Assembly (NCBI GenBank): GCA_963764715.1
Contig: CAVXTP010000026.1
Location: forward strand, 1-64,000
Direction of reading: 5' to 3'
Source: an uncultured Acidobacteriota bacterium
GTDB taxonomy: Bacteria; Acidobacteriota; Thermoanaerobaculia; UBA5066; Gp7-AA6
DNA length: 64,000 nt
Both the position numbers and the translations under genes were made by a program. Positions 29,124 to 39,253 of the stretch are shown one piece after another (within the stretch, counting starts at the first letter, position 1; every line of letters begins with the position of its first letter). Below the pieces are notes generated by a model that was not told the origin of the DNA, ran no database searches, and saw only the letters and a list, made by a program, of their open reading frames with translations.

Positions 29124-32100
29124 TCAGACGGCGGCTTCCTCGAGCTCCGGGACCTTCGCCGGGCGGGAAGGCTCGGCCTTTTCTCCGACCGCGCGGTGCG
29201 TCTTGGCCACGAGGACGTAGATCGACGGCACGACGAAGAGCGTGAAGGCGGTGCCGATGATCATGCCGGTGACGAGCATGATGCCGATGCTGTTTCGGGC
29301 GCCCGCGCCCGGGCCCGTCGCGAAAACGAGCGGCATGTGGCCCATGACCGTCGCGGCCGTCGTCATGAGGACCGGCCGCAGCCGCGTCTGGGCCGCCTCG
29401 ACGACCGCCTGGAGCTTGCCGATCCCGGTCTCCTGGAGCTTGTTGGCGAACTCGACGATCAGGATTCCGTTCTTGGCGATGAGGCCGACGAGGGTGATCA
29501 GGCCGACCTGGCTGTAGATGTTGAGCGTCGTCAGCCCGAGGAACGAGAAGAGCAGCGCGCCCGACAGGGCCAGCGGCACCGAGCCCGCGAGGATGATGAA
29601 CGGGTCGCGGAAGCTCTCGAACTGCGCGGCGAGCACGAGGTAGATCAGGATCGCCGACAGCAGGAACGTGAAGAGGAACTTGCTTCCTTCCGTCCGCAGC
29701 TGGCGCGACTCGCCGGCGTAGTCGACCGTGAAGCCCTTCGGCAGGATCTTCGCCGCCTCCGTCTCGAGGACCTTGAGGGCGCCGTCGAGCGGAACGCCCG
29801 GCGGGATGACGCCCTGGATCCGGACGGCGTTCAACTGCTGGAAGCGCTTCAGGTCGCGCGGCTGCGTCGACGTCTTGACCGTGGCGAACGTCGAGAGCGG
29901 CACCAGCTTGCCGCCGGCGCCGGTCACGTAGATGTCGGACAGCTGATCCGAGTTGAGCCGCTCGGCGCGCTTGATCTGCGGGATGACCTTGTAGCTGCGG
30001 CCCTGGATCGAGAACCGGTTGACGTAGTTGCCGCCGAGCATCGTCGAGAGGTCGCGGCCGACCTGCCCGAGGTCGACGCCCTGCGCGCGCAGCTTGTCGC
30101 GGTCGAAGACCACTTCGGCCTGCGGCTGGTCGAACTTGAGGTCCGAATCCGCGAACATGAAGATGCCGCTCTGGAAGGCCTTGCCGACGAGCTGATTGGC
30201 GAATTCCGTCAGCCGCTCGGGCTCCGCCGTCGAAGCGATGACGAAGTCGACCGGAAAGCTGCCGCCGCCCGGCAGCGCGGGCGGCACCAGCGAGATCACG
30301 CGGATGCCGGGGATCTTGGACAGGCCCATGCTCGCCTCGACCTGGAGCTGCTGCGTGCTCTTCTTGCGCTCGCTCCAGGGCTTGGTGACCATGCCGCCGA
30401 AGCCGCCCGTCGGCGAGACGATCTGGAAGACGGCCTTCTTCTCGGGGAAGGAGTTGTAGACCCCGTAGACCTTCTCCGCGAACAGGTTCGTCTGGTCGAG
30501 GGTGGCGTTGGGGGCCGCCTGGATCACGCCGAAGACGACCGCCTGGTCTTCCGTCGGCGCGAGCTCCTTGGCCGAGAACATGTAGAACGGGAAGATGAGC
30601 AGGACGACGGCGACCCAGATCACGAACACGACCGGCCGGTACTTGAGACTGCCGATGAGCATCCGTCCGTACCTCGACCGGACCTTCTCGAACTGCCGGT
30701 TGATCCAGCCCGCGAAGCCCCGCTCGGAGTCGCCGCTGCGGAGCATCTTCGAGGACATCATCGGCGAGAGCGTCAGCGCCACGACGCCCGACACGACGAC
30801 GGCGCCGGCCAGCGTGAACGCGAACTCGCGGAAGAGGGCGCCCGTGAGGCCGCCCTGGATGCCGATCGGCGCGTACACGGCCGCGAGCGTGATCGTCATG
30901 GCGATGATCGGTCCGACGAGCTCCCGCGCCGCCTTGAGCGCCGCCTCGAACGGCTTCTCGCCGAGCTGGAGGTGCCGCTCGACGTTCTCCACCATGACGA
31001 TGGCGTCGTCGACGACGAGGCCGACCGAGAGCACGATCGCGAGAAGCGTCAGGAGGTTGATCGTGAACCCGAAGGTCAGCATCAGGAACACGGCGCCGAC
31101 GAGCGAGATGGGGATGGCCACGATCGGGATCAGCACGGCGCGGAACGAGCCCAGGAAGAGGAAGATGACGACGATGACGATGAGCAGCGTCTCCGTCAGG
31201 GTCGAAAGCACCTCGTCGATGGCGTCCTGGATGTACTCGGTCGAGTCGTACGGGATGCCGACCTTCATGCCGACCGGCAGCTGCGCCTGGATGTCCGGGA
31301 GCTCGGCGCGCACGCGCTTGATGACGTCGAGCGAGTTGGCCGTCGGAAGGACCCAGATGCCCATGAACGTCGCCGTCTGGCCGTTGAACTTGACGTCCGA
31401 GTCGTAGTTCTCGGCCCCGAGCACGACGTCGGCGATCTCGCCGAGGCGGACGACGACGCCGTCCTTCTCCTTGACGACGAGCTGCCGGAACTCCGCCGCC
31501 GTCTTCAGGTCGGTGTTCGCCACGAGGTTGACCGACGTCATCGACCCCTTGGTCTGGCCGATCGCGGAGAGATAGTTGTTCTCGGAGAGCGCGGTGCGCA
31601 CGTCGGCCGGGGCGATGCCGAGGGCGGCCATCTTCTCGGGCTTCAGCCACACGCGCATCGCGAAGGTGCGGCTGCCGAGAATGTCGGCGCGCTGCACGCC
31701 CGACACGGCCGTGAGCTTGGGCTGGACGACGCGGACCAGGTAGTCGGTGATCTGGTTCTGGTCGAGCGCGTCCGACGAGAAGCCGATGTACATGGCGGCG
31801 AACTCGGTGTCCGCCGTCGCCAGCTCGATGATCGGCGCCTCCGCCTCGGGCGGCAGGTCGTTGCGCACCTGCGCCACCTTGGCCTGCACCTGCGTCAGGG
31901 CCGCGTTGGTGTCGTAGTTGAGCTTGAGGTGGACCGTGATCGTCGAGACGCCCTGCGCGCTCGACGACTCGATGTAGTCGATGCCGTCGGCGCTGGCGAT
32001 CACGCGCTCGAGCGGCGTCGTGATGAATCCGCGGACGAGGTCCGCGTTGGCCCCGACGTACGCCGTCGTGACCTTGACGACCGAGATGTCGCTGCGCGGG

Positions 32101-32210
32101 TACTGGCGGACCGACAGCGTGCGGATCGCCTGCAACCCGGCGATGAGAATGACCAGGTTGACGACGATCGCGAGGACCGGCCGCCGTACGAAGAGGTCCG
32201 TGAGCTTCAT
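29124..32210 (-). CDS. RND efflux permease (AcrB family, MexI/MexW-like)
   Basis: FVRRPVLA, GLVVDDAIVMVEN, KNGILIVEFAN, RLRPVLMT; 1028 aa. Confidence 0.95.
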   Translation of the reverse strand: MKLTDLFVRRPVLAIVVNLVILIAGLQAIRTLSVRQYPRSDISVVKVTTAYVGANADLVRGFITTPLERVIASADGIDYIESSSAQGVSTITVHLKLNYDTNAALTQVQAKVAQVRNDLPPEAEAPIIELATADTEFAAMYIGFSSDALDQNQITDYLVRVVQPKLTAVSGVQRADILGSRTFAMRVWLKPEKMAALGIAPADVRTALSENNYLSAIGQTKGSMTSVNLVANTDLKTAAEFRQLVVKEKDGVVVRLGEIADVVLGAENYDSDVKFNGQTATFMGIWVLPTANSLDVIKRVRAELPDIQAQLPVGMKVGIPYDSTEYIQDAIDEVLSTLTETLLIVIVVIFLFLGSFRAVLIPIVAIPISLVGAVFLMLTFGFTINLLTLLAIVLSVGLVVDDAIVMVENVERHLQLGEKPFEAALKAARELVGPIIAMTITLAAVYAPIGIQGGLTGALFREFAFTLAGAVVVSGVVALTLSPMMSSKMLRSGDSERGFAGWINRQFEKVRSRYGRMLIGSLKYRPVVFVIWVAVVLLIFPFYMFSAKELAPTEDQAVVFGVIQAAPNATLDQTNLFAEKVYGVYNSFPEKKAVFQIVSPTGGFGGMVTKPWSERKKSTQQLQVEASMGLSKIPGIRVISLVPPALPGGGSFPVDFVIASTAEPERLTEFANQLVGKAFQSGIFMFADSDLKFDQPQAEVVFDRDKLRAQGVDLGQVGRDLSTMLGGNYVNRFSIQGRSYKVIPQIKRAERLNSDQLSDIYVTGAGGKLVPLSTFATVKTSTQPRDLKRFQQLNAVRIQGVIPPGVPLDGALKVLETEAAKILPKGFTVDYAGESRQLRTEGSKFLFTFLLSAILIYLVLAAQFESFRDPFIILAGSVPLALSGALLFSFLGLTTLNIYSQVGLITLVGLIAKNGILIVEFANKLQETGIGKLQAVVEAAQTRLRPVLMTTAATVMGHMPLVFATGPGAGARNSIGIMLVTGMIIGTAFTLFVVPSIYVLVAKTHRAVGEKAEPSRPAKVPELEEAAV

Positions 32211-33338
32211 TTAGCTGTCCTCGGGCTTGGGCGCCGTGCTGTTCGACGGGACGGTCTCGTTGTTGACCTGGACCGCCGCCCCCTGGCGGAGCTTGAAGAC
32301 GCCCGAGGTCACGACCTCTTCGCCGGGCTTGATCCCCGAGATGACCGCGATCTGGTCCCCGCGGCCCGGTCCGAGCTTCACGAACTGCTGGCGAACGCCC
32401 TTGTAGGTCTGGCCCTTCGGATCCTTGAGCTCCGCCACGATGTACACGGAGTCGCCGTACGGCGCGTAGTTGATCGCCGACGCCGGAAGCGGGATCACCG
32501 TGGATCGCCGTCCCGAGGCACCACGCTCGTGCTGACGAACATCCCGGGCTTCAGCCGGCCGTCCGGGTTGGCGAAGCGTCGCCTGGATCTGGACGTTGCG
32601 CGTGGCGGGGTCGATCAGCGAATTGGTCGCGGTGATCTTGCCGGTCGCCTCGACCGCCGGAGCCCTCGGCCAGGACCTTCACGACGGAGCCGTTCTTCAT
32701 GCCGGCCGCGTCCTGCTGCGGCACCGAGAAGTTGACGTAGATCGGATCCAGAGACTGGAGCGGGACGATCGGGCTGCCGCTCTGGAGGTACTGGCCGAGG
32801 TTCACCTGCCGGATGCCGAGCACTCCCGTGAAGGGAGCGCGGATGGTCTTGCGGGCGATCGTCGCCCGGATCTCTCCGATCCGCGCCTGCGCCGACGATT
32901 GCGCCGCATCCGCGCTGTCCCACTCGGCCTGCGCGGCGATGCCCTTCTGCCGGAGGCCCGTCAATCGATCGAGGTTGACCTGGTGAGCTTGGCCTGCGCC
33001 TCGGCGGCGGCCAGCTGCGCCTGCTCCTGCCGGGTGTCGAGCTGGACGAGCAGGTCGCCCGCCCGGACGGTCTTGCCGGACTCGAAGGAAATCTTCTCGA
33101 CGACCCCGGGCAGGTCGGCGCTGACGACCACGCCGTGCACGGCTTCGACCGATCCGATCGCCGCTTGCATTGCCGGCCACTCCGTGGGCTTCGCCACGAC
33201 GGTCGTCACCGCTTCGGGCGGCATCTTGAAGGCCGCCTGCTGCGCCATGCCCTTCTTGATCTGCCCGTACTTCACCATTCCGATCGTGAAGACGAAGATG
33301 GCGATGGCAACGAGCACCAGGAACATCCGCTTCTTCAT
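32211..33338 (-). pseudogene. RND periplasmic adaptor (MFP) broken by 4-5 indels (may be read errors)
   Basis: Pieces MKKRMF...GDLLVQLD, IRAPFTGVLG...DPIYVNF, IDPATRNV, LKPGMFV, VKLGPGRGD lie in different frames. Confidence 0.85.
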
Positions 33339-33620
33339 GAAAACCAAACCTCCAGCTTCTTACCCACCGACCGGGAGCTTGAGAAGACGGCCCCGGACGT
33401 GCCGCTCCAACCCTTAAATAAGCCCCTTTCCGCTCGCGGGATTCCAGTCGGAAGCGAAAAAGAGGGGCCCCGCGGCGCCTTCGGGGTCACGCACAATAGC
33501 TCATGAAATGACGACGAACGGGGGGAGCTCAAATCGACGCGGAGCCGGCGCCTTTTCGCGACCGGAGGGCGTCGATGCCCCACGCCCCCCACCGCCGACA
33601 GGTAAAACCAGAGAAAACAA

Positions 33621-33647
33621 TAACACCGGTTTCCGCAAAAGGTTACA
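33621..33647 (-). promoter_or_regulatory. ECF-like promoter of the RND operon
   Basis: TGTAAC-N16-TGTTA in an AT-richer intergenic region. Confidence 0.35.
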
Positions 33648-33871
33648 CACCCCACGCCCCTCCGAAACCCGGCCAATTTTCCTCCATCCATGCGCCATTT
33701 CGGCCCGGAGAAAGCCGAACGGGCGCTGCGCTCGACCGTCCGGCGCCCGGAGCGGTCGAGGAGGCGAAAAACCCGTACAGGGTTCTACGAAGGGCCGCCC
33801 GCGAAGTTGACCCGACCGTCGGGCGCCGCCGCCGGCGACCGGTCGCCCGGCGAAGGCGCTAGGATCCGCCC

Positions 33872-34384
33872 GTGATCGGCCGACCCGAGCCCTCGGAGCA
33901 CGTCCCGTACCTCGAGAGATACATCTCGCTGGTTCCCGGCGAAGACATCTTCGCGGCGTTCGACTCCGAGACCCGCGCGACACGCGCGCTGCTCGACGCG
34001 ATCTCGGAGGAGAAGTCGCTCCACCGGTACGACCCCGCCAAGTGGAGCATCCGCGAGGCGTGGATCCACCTGCTCGACAGCGAGCGCGTCTTCGCCTATC
34101 GCGCCCTGCGCTTTGCGCGCGCCGACGAAGCCGCCGTGGAAGGCTTCGAGCCCGACGAATGGGTCGGGCCCTCGGCGGCGGACCTTCGCTCGTGGCCGTC
34201 GATCCGGCAGGAGTACGACGACGTGCGCCGGGCGACGATCGCCTTCTTCCGCAACCTCCCGCCGCCGGCCTGGTCGAGGAGCGGGATCGCCGGGGGCGGA
34301 CGGGTCAGCGTCCGCGCTCTGGCCTACACGATCCTCGGCCACGACATCCATCACCGCAACCTGGTTCGCGAACGCTATCTCTGA
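33872..34384 (+). CDS. DinB family protein
   Basis: RYDPAKWSIRE..HL.D.ERVF.YRALRFAR, GHDIHH. Confidence 0.9.
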   Translation: MIGRPEPSEHVPYLERYISLVPGEDIFAAFDSETRATRALLDAISEEKSLHRYDPAKWSIREAWIHLLDSERVFAYRALRFARADEAAVEGFEPDEWVGPSAADLRSWPSIRQEYDDVRRATIAFFRNLPPPAWSRSGIAGGGRVSVRALAYTILGHDIHHRNLVRERYL

Positions 34385-34393
34385 GCCCCGGGC

Positions 34394-34487
34394 TCAGGAC
34401 TTCGGCGCCGGACCGCCCCCTTCCAGACGAGGTCCCACGCCTCGCGCCGCCGGGCGAAGCCGGTGATCTTCCCTTCCCCGTCGCGCG
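34394..34487 (-). pseudogene. C-terminal gene remnant
   Basis: Translates RDGEGKITGFARRREAWDLVWK with coding-like codons; resembles the ends of DUF3471-type proteins; no upstream gene. Confidence 0.4.
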
Positions 34488-34556
34488 GGCCTCGGTCTCC
34501 GGACGGGCCCAAGAAAAATCCGAAAATTCGGGACCCGATTCCATAGGATTCGGGTC

Positions 34557-35141
34557 ATGGCGAAGAAAGATCCGCGTATCGATGCGTACATCGCGAAGGC
34601 GCAGCCGTTCGCGCAGCCGATCCTCCGGCACATCCGCGCGACGGTGCACGAGGGCTGTCCCGACGTCGTCGAGACGATCAAGTGGGGCATGCCGCACTTC
34701 GAGCACGAGGGCGTGCTCTGCGGCATGGCGGCGTTCAAGGCCCACTGCGCCCTCGGGTTCTGGAACCGCGCGCTCGACATTCCGGGCCAGAAAGGCGCGA
34801 TGGGCCAGTTCGGCTGCGTCACGGCCGTCTCGGACCTTCCGGCGAAGAAGGTCCTCGTCGGCTACGTGCGCCAGGCCGCGCGCCTGAACGAGACCGGCCG
34901 GAAGGTCGGGCCCATCCGCAAGAAGAAGGCGCCGCTGCCCGTGCCGAAGGAGCTGACGGCCGCGCTGAAGACGAAGGCCGGGGCCGCGGCGAAGTTCAAG
35001 GCCTTCTCCCCGAGCCAGCAGCGCGAGTACTCCGAGTGGATTCTCGAAGCGAAGACCGACGCCACGCGCGCCCGGCGTCTCGCCACCGCGGTCGCGTGGA
35101 TCGCCGAGGGAAAGCCGCGGAACTGGAAGTACCGGAAGTAG
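34557..35141 (+). CDS. YdeI/OmpD-associated (DUF1801 + OmdA) protein
   Basis: DPRIDAYI, ETIKWGMP, SPSQQREY.EWI.EAKT..TR..RL. Confidence 0.9.
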   Translation: MAKKDPRIDAYIAKAQPFAQPILRHIRATVHEGCPDVVETIKWGMPHFEHEGVLCGMAAFKAHCALGFWNRALDIPGQKGAMGQFGCVTAVSDLPAKKVLVGYVRQAARLNETGRKVGPIRKKKAPLPVPKELTAALKTKAGAAAKFKAFSPSQQREYSEWILEAKTDATRARRLATAVAWIAEGKPRNWKYRK

Positions 35142-35159
35142 GCGTCCGGCGGCGGGCGC

Positions 35160-36113
35160 CTACTGCGGGTTCTCCGAGATCGCGACGAGAACGAGCGTCT
35201 CGCCGCAGGGCGTGAACCAGTAGTAGTTGATGAACTTCGCGCCCTTGGCGTTGACGCCCTCGCTGCGCACCGCGCCGAGGCCCGGGCGGGACTGGAACTC
35301 GTCCGGGGTCGGCGTGCCCGGCGACAGAAAGCGGTCGGCGTAGACGGCGAAGTCGCCGCCGATCCCTTCGAGACCCCGGATCGCCGCGACCTGGGCGCCC
35401 TCGAAGCCCTCCGCCGCGAGGAGCGCCTTGAGGTCCTTCTTCGCGGCCGCGGCCCGCAGGGCGTCGTAGGCGGTCGTCAGCTGCGCCTCGGTCGGCGAGG
35501 CGCCGTCGGGATCGCCCCGGACGCCGTCCATGCGATCGCTTTCGCTGACTTCGCGGACCTTCGGGCTCAGGACCGGCAGGTCGAACTCGAATTCCCCGTG
35601 CTCCTTGTGCTTGACCGTTCCCCTGGCCCGGCCGGCGGCGAGGTCGAGCCGGCTGATCCAGTGACGTCCTCCGACCTCCTCCTCGCGCCCGGTGCCGCCG
35701 AACGCCGTCCCCCGCGTGAAGAATTTCGACTTCCCTTTCGGGTCGAGCGTCACCTCGACCCAGCCGGCGTCGCGGATCGAAGTCAGCGCCCGCGCGAGGG
35801 TCATCGGGCAGGGAGAGCCCGCGAGGACGGGCGATGCGATCGGCTTGCTCGTCACGTACACGACGGTACCCGCACCGCTCCTCGCGGGATAGGCGATGCC
35901 GTCGACGAGGTCGAAGTTGCCGGTGTTGGCGTCGTCGAGGTGCCCTTTCACGGGGGGCGGGTACGCGTAGGGCACGGGAGTCGGCTCGGCCGGAGCCACG
36001 CGGGCCGCGGGAGCGGGCGGACGGACCGGGCCCCCCGGTTTTCCGCAGGCGATCGGCCCGACGAGGGCGGCCAGGGCAAGGGCCAGGACGCAGGAAAAGC
36101 GTGGTTTCGTCAT
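35160..36113 (-). CDS. Hypothetical lipoprotein (domains A+B)
   Basis: GAGGAGG RBS, lipobox-like PIAC; GRARGTV...FDLPV; AYDALRAA...DL. Confidence 0.78.
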   Translation of the reverse strand: MTKPRFSCVLALALAALVGPIACGKPGGPVRPPAPAARVAPAEPTPVPYAYPPPVKGHLDDANTGNFDLVDGIAYPARSGAGTVVYVTSKPIASPVLAGSPCPMTLARALTSIRDAGWVEVTLDPKGKSKFFTRGTAFGGTGREEEVGGRHWISRLDLAAGRARGTVKHKEHGEFEFDLPVLSPKVREVSESDRMDGVRGDPDGASPTEAQLTTAYDALRAAAAKKDLKALLAAEGFEGAQVAAIRGLEGIGGDFAVYADRFLSPGTPTPDEFQSRPGLGAVRSEGVNAKGAKFINYYWFTPCGETLVLVAISENPQ

Positions 36114-36182
36114 GAAAGCCTCCTCGCGCTCGAGCCGTCCGGTTCCGGGATTTCTCGAAAAGATATCCGATCCGGCGCAACC

Positions 36183-36222
36183 TATGGCTTGCCCATACGT
36201 CTAGAGATATTGTCATCCCATA
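36183..36222. promoter_or_regulatory. Tandem candidate PadR operators
   Basis: TATGG-N5-CCATA (36183-36197) and TATTG-N5-CCATA (36208-36222). Confidence 0.6.
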
Positions 36223-36241
36223 GGAGAGGGGCCGCTCGACC

Positions 36242-36586
36242 ATGACCGAAAAGCAGGACGTCTGGCAGGGAACGCTGGCGCTGATGGTCCTGAAGACCCT
36301 CCAGACGCTCGGCCCGCTCCACGGCTACGGCATCGCCCGCCGGATCGAGCAGACGAGCGGCGACCGGCTGTCGGTCAACTACGGGACGCTCTACCCCGCG
36401 CTCTTGAAGCTCGAGCAGGAGGGCTTCGTCGCCTCCGAGTGGGGCGTCTCGGACAACAACCGGCGGGCCAAGTACTACCGGCTGACGCGCGCCGGCCGCC
36501 GCCAGGCCGAGCTCGAAACGCGCGAGTGGGAGCGCACGACCGCGATCCTGGCGCGGTTCCTGGCGCCGGCCGGGGAGCGCGCGTGA
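36242..36586 (+). CDS. Acidobacterial PadR-family regulator
   Basis: QGTLALMVLK, HGYGIARRIEQ, GTLYPALLKLE, SDNNRRAKYY. Confidence 0.95.
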   Translation: MTEKQDVWQGTLALMVLKTLQTLGPLHGYGIARRIEQTSGDRLSVNYGTLYPALLKLEQEGFVASEWGVSDNNRRAKYYRLTRAGRRQAELETREWERTTAILARFLAPAGERA

Positions 36587-39243
36587 GGGCCGTCCGGGCG
36601 TTCTTCATGCGACTGGCGGGGGTCTTCGGCCGGTCCCGCCAGGAGCGGGAGCTCGCCGAAGAGCTCGAGGCGCACCTCCAGATGCACACCGAGGACAACC
36701 TCCGGGCCGGCATGACGCCGGACGAGGCGCGCCGCGCGGCGGCGCTGAAGCTCGGCGGCCTCGAGGCGACCAAGGAGAGCCTGCGCGACCGGCGCCGGGT
36801 CCCCTTCCTGGAGACGGCCCTGCGGGACCTGCGCTTCGCGGCGCGCTCGCTCCGCAAGAGCCCGGGCTTCACGGCCGTCACGATCGCGACCCTCGCCCTC
36901 GGCATCGGGGCCAACACCGCCATCTTCACGCTCGTTCACGCCGTGATGATCGAGCCGCTTCCCTTCCGCGCGCCCGAGCGGCTCGTCGCCGTGTGGGAGG
37001 AGAACGACCAGCGGCCCGGCCGCTCGAACGTCATCTCGCCCTCGAACTTCATCCGCTGGCAGGAGCGCTCGAACGTCTTCGAATCCATGGCGGCCTTCGT
37101 CGACTTTCGCGCGGCCCTGACCGGACGGGAAGCGCCCGAGGAGCTCGTCGCGATGGCGGTGAACTCGAACTTCTTCTCGACGCTCGGCGCCGCCCCGCTG
37201 GTCGGCCGGACGTTCGCGCCCGACGAGGGGACCGAGGGCCACGACTCCGTGACCGTCCTGAGCCACGGCCTCTGGCAGCGGCGTTTCGGGGCCGACCCGG
37301 GAATCGTCGGACGGACCATCCAGTTGAACGGCCGGCCCTTCACGGTGATCGGCGTCATGCCTCCGCGCTTCGGCCTGTTCTTCAAGAGCGGCTCGCTCGT
37401 CGGCAAGCCCGCGGAGCTCTGGGAGCCGCTGGCGTTCACGGCGAAGCACCGACAGCCCCACGGCCGGTACATGAGCGCGGTGGCGCGGCTGGCCCCGGGA
37501 AAGTCCCTGGAGGAGGCCCGGGCGCAGATGAAGGCGATCGCCGCCGGCCTCGTCGCGGAGTTTCCGGACCACGACACGGGATGGACGGTCGAGCTCGTGC
37601 CGATCCACCGGGAGATCGCCGGGCCGATGCGGCCGATCCTGCTGGTCCTCTTCGGCGCCGTCGCCTTCGTGCTCCTCGTCGCGTGCGCCAACGTGGCGAG
37701 CCTGCTGCTCGCGCGCGGGACCTCGCGGGTCCGGGAGCTCGCCATCCGGACGGCGCTCGGCGCCTCGCGCGCGCGCGTCCTGTGGCAGCTCATGGCGGAG
37801 AACCTGCTGCTCGCCCTTCTCGGCGGGGCCTTCGGCCTGCTGCTCGCGCGCTGGGGGGTCCAGCTCCTCGTCGCCCTCTCCCCGGCGGAACTGACTGCCC
37901 TCGGCCGCGTGCGCCTGAGCGCCCCCGTCCTCGGCTTCACCGGCCTCGTGTCGGTCCTGACGGCCGCGATCTGCGGCCTCGCCCCGGCCTTCGCCGGCTC
38001 GCGCACCGACGTCCAGGAATCCCTCCGGGAGGGCGCGCGCCAGGGCGGCGCGGGCGCGCGGACCCGGCGTCTCCGCAAGGTCTTCGTGGTCTCGGAGATC
38101 GCGCTCGCCGTCGTGCTCCTCGCCGGCGCCGGCCTCATGCGGAAGAGCCTGCGCACGCTCGGCCGCGTCGACCCGGGCTTCGCGCGCGAGGGCATCCTGA
38201 CCGCCCGCGTCAACCTGCCGACGGCCCGCTACAAGGAAGACCCGGAGGTCATGCGGTTCTACGCGCAGGCCCTCGACCGCATCCGCGCCCTGCCCGGCGT
38301 CCGCGCCGCGGGCGCGGTCAGCTTCCTGCCGTTCGCGGGGCTCGGCGCCGCCACGGACCTCGTCATCGTCGGCGATCCCGCTCCGCCCCGGGGCCAGGAG
38401 CCCGGCACCGAGGTCCGCGTCTGCGACAACGGCTACTTCGGCGTCATGGGCATCCGGCTGCTGCGCGGCCGCCTCTTCACCGATCTCGAGCAGCGCCAGC
38501 AGGGCAACGTCGTGGTCGTGAGCGAATCCTTCGCCCGGGACTACTTCTCCGGCCGGGAAGCGCTCGGCCGCCAGATCAAGGTCGACATGTCGGACGAGAA
38601 CGTCCCGATGGAGATCGTCGGCATCGTCAGCGACATCCACCACGCCGACCTGCTCACCGGGCCCCGCCCCATGACGTACTACCCCGTCCCCCAGCTCGTC
38701 TACAACGGGATGACGCTGACGGTCCGCACGGAAGGCGACCCGCTCGCGGCCGCGCCGGCGATCGAGCGCGCGATCCAGTCGATCGACAAGGACCAGCCCC
38801 TCTCCGACATCCGGACCATGGACCAGTGGGTCGCACGGTCGCTCGCACGGGAGCGCTTCGGATCGACGCTTCTCCTCCTCTTCGCGGCGCTGGCGCTGCT
38901 GCTCGCGGCGATCGGGATCTACGGCGTCATGTCCTACGTGGTCGGTCAGCGGACGGCCGAGTTCGGAATCCGCGCCGCCCTCGGCGCCGACGCCGGAGAC
39001 CTCCGCGCGCTCATCCTGCGCGACGGCGGGCGGCTCGTGCTCGCCGGGCTCGCGATCGGCACGCCGCTCGCGCTCCTCCTCGGCCGCGCCGTGACGCGCC
39101 TCCTCTACGAGACCGGCTGGGCCGACCCGCTCACGTTCGCCGCGGTCCTGGGGCTGCTCGCCGCCGTCGCGCTCCTCGCGAGCTACCTGCCCGCGAGACG
39201 TGCGGCGCGGATCGCGCCGGTCGAGGCGCTGCGGCACTCCTGA
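36583..39243 (+). CDS. ADOP-family ABC permease with N-terminal prefix domain
   Basis: GTGA overlap with padR; ERELAEELEAHL...EARRAA; two MacB_PCD/FtsX halves (ACANVA, GIYGVMSY). Confidence 0.93.
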   Translation: MRAVRAFFMRLAGVFGRSRQERELAEELEAHLQMHTEDNLRAGMTPDEARRAAALKLGGLEATKESLRDRRRVPFLETALRDLRFAARSLRKSPGFTAVTIATLALGIGANTAIFTLVHAVMIEPLPFRAPERLVAVWEENDQRPGRSNVISPSNFIRWQERSNVFESMAAFVDFRAALTGREAPEELVAMAVNSNFFSTLGAAPLVGRTFAPDEGTEGHDSVTVLSHGLWQRRFGADPGIVGRTIQLNGRPFTVIGVMPPRFGLFFKSGSLVGKPAELWEPLAFTAKHRQPHGRYMSAVARLAPGKSLEEARAQMKAIAAGLVAEFPDHDTGWTVELVPIHREIAGPMRPILLVLFGAVAFVLLVACANVASLLLARGTSRVRELAIRTALGASRARVLWQLMAENLLLALLGGAFGLLLARWGVQLLVALSPAELTALGRVRLSAPVLGFTGLVSVLTAAICGLAPAFAGSRTDVQESLREGARQGGAGARTRRLRKVFVVSEIALAVVLLAGAGLMRKSLRTLGRVDPGFAREGILTARVNLPTARYKEDPEVMRFYAQALDRIRALPGVRAAGAVSFLPFAGLGAATDLVIVGDPAPPRGQEPGTEVRVCDNGYFGVMGIRLLRGRLFTDLEQRQQGNVVVVSESFARDYFSGREALGRQIKVDMSDENVPMEIVGIVSDIHHADLLTGPRPMTYYPVPQLVYNGMTLTVRTEGDPLAAAPAIERAIQSIDKDQPLSDIRTMDQWVARSLARERFGSTLLLLFAALALLLAAIGIYGVMSYVVGQRTAEFGIRAALGADAGDLRALILRDGGRLVLAGLAIGTPLALLLGRAVTRLLYETGWADPLTFAAVLGLLAAVALLASYLPARRAARIAPVEALRHS

Positions 39244-39253
39244 TCCGGTCGGC

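Noticed and set aside
27066-32735. 1889-aa plus-strand ORF
   Set aside because: Antisense of ggt and the RND permease
33335-33983. Short ORFs in the RND upstream region
   Set aside because: No RBS, motifs or coding-like codon use; also no RNase P, tmRNA or tRNA signature
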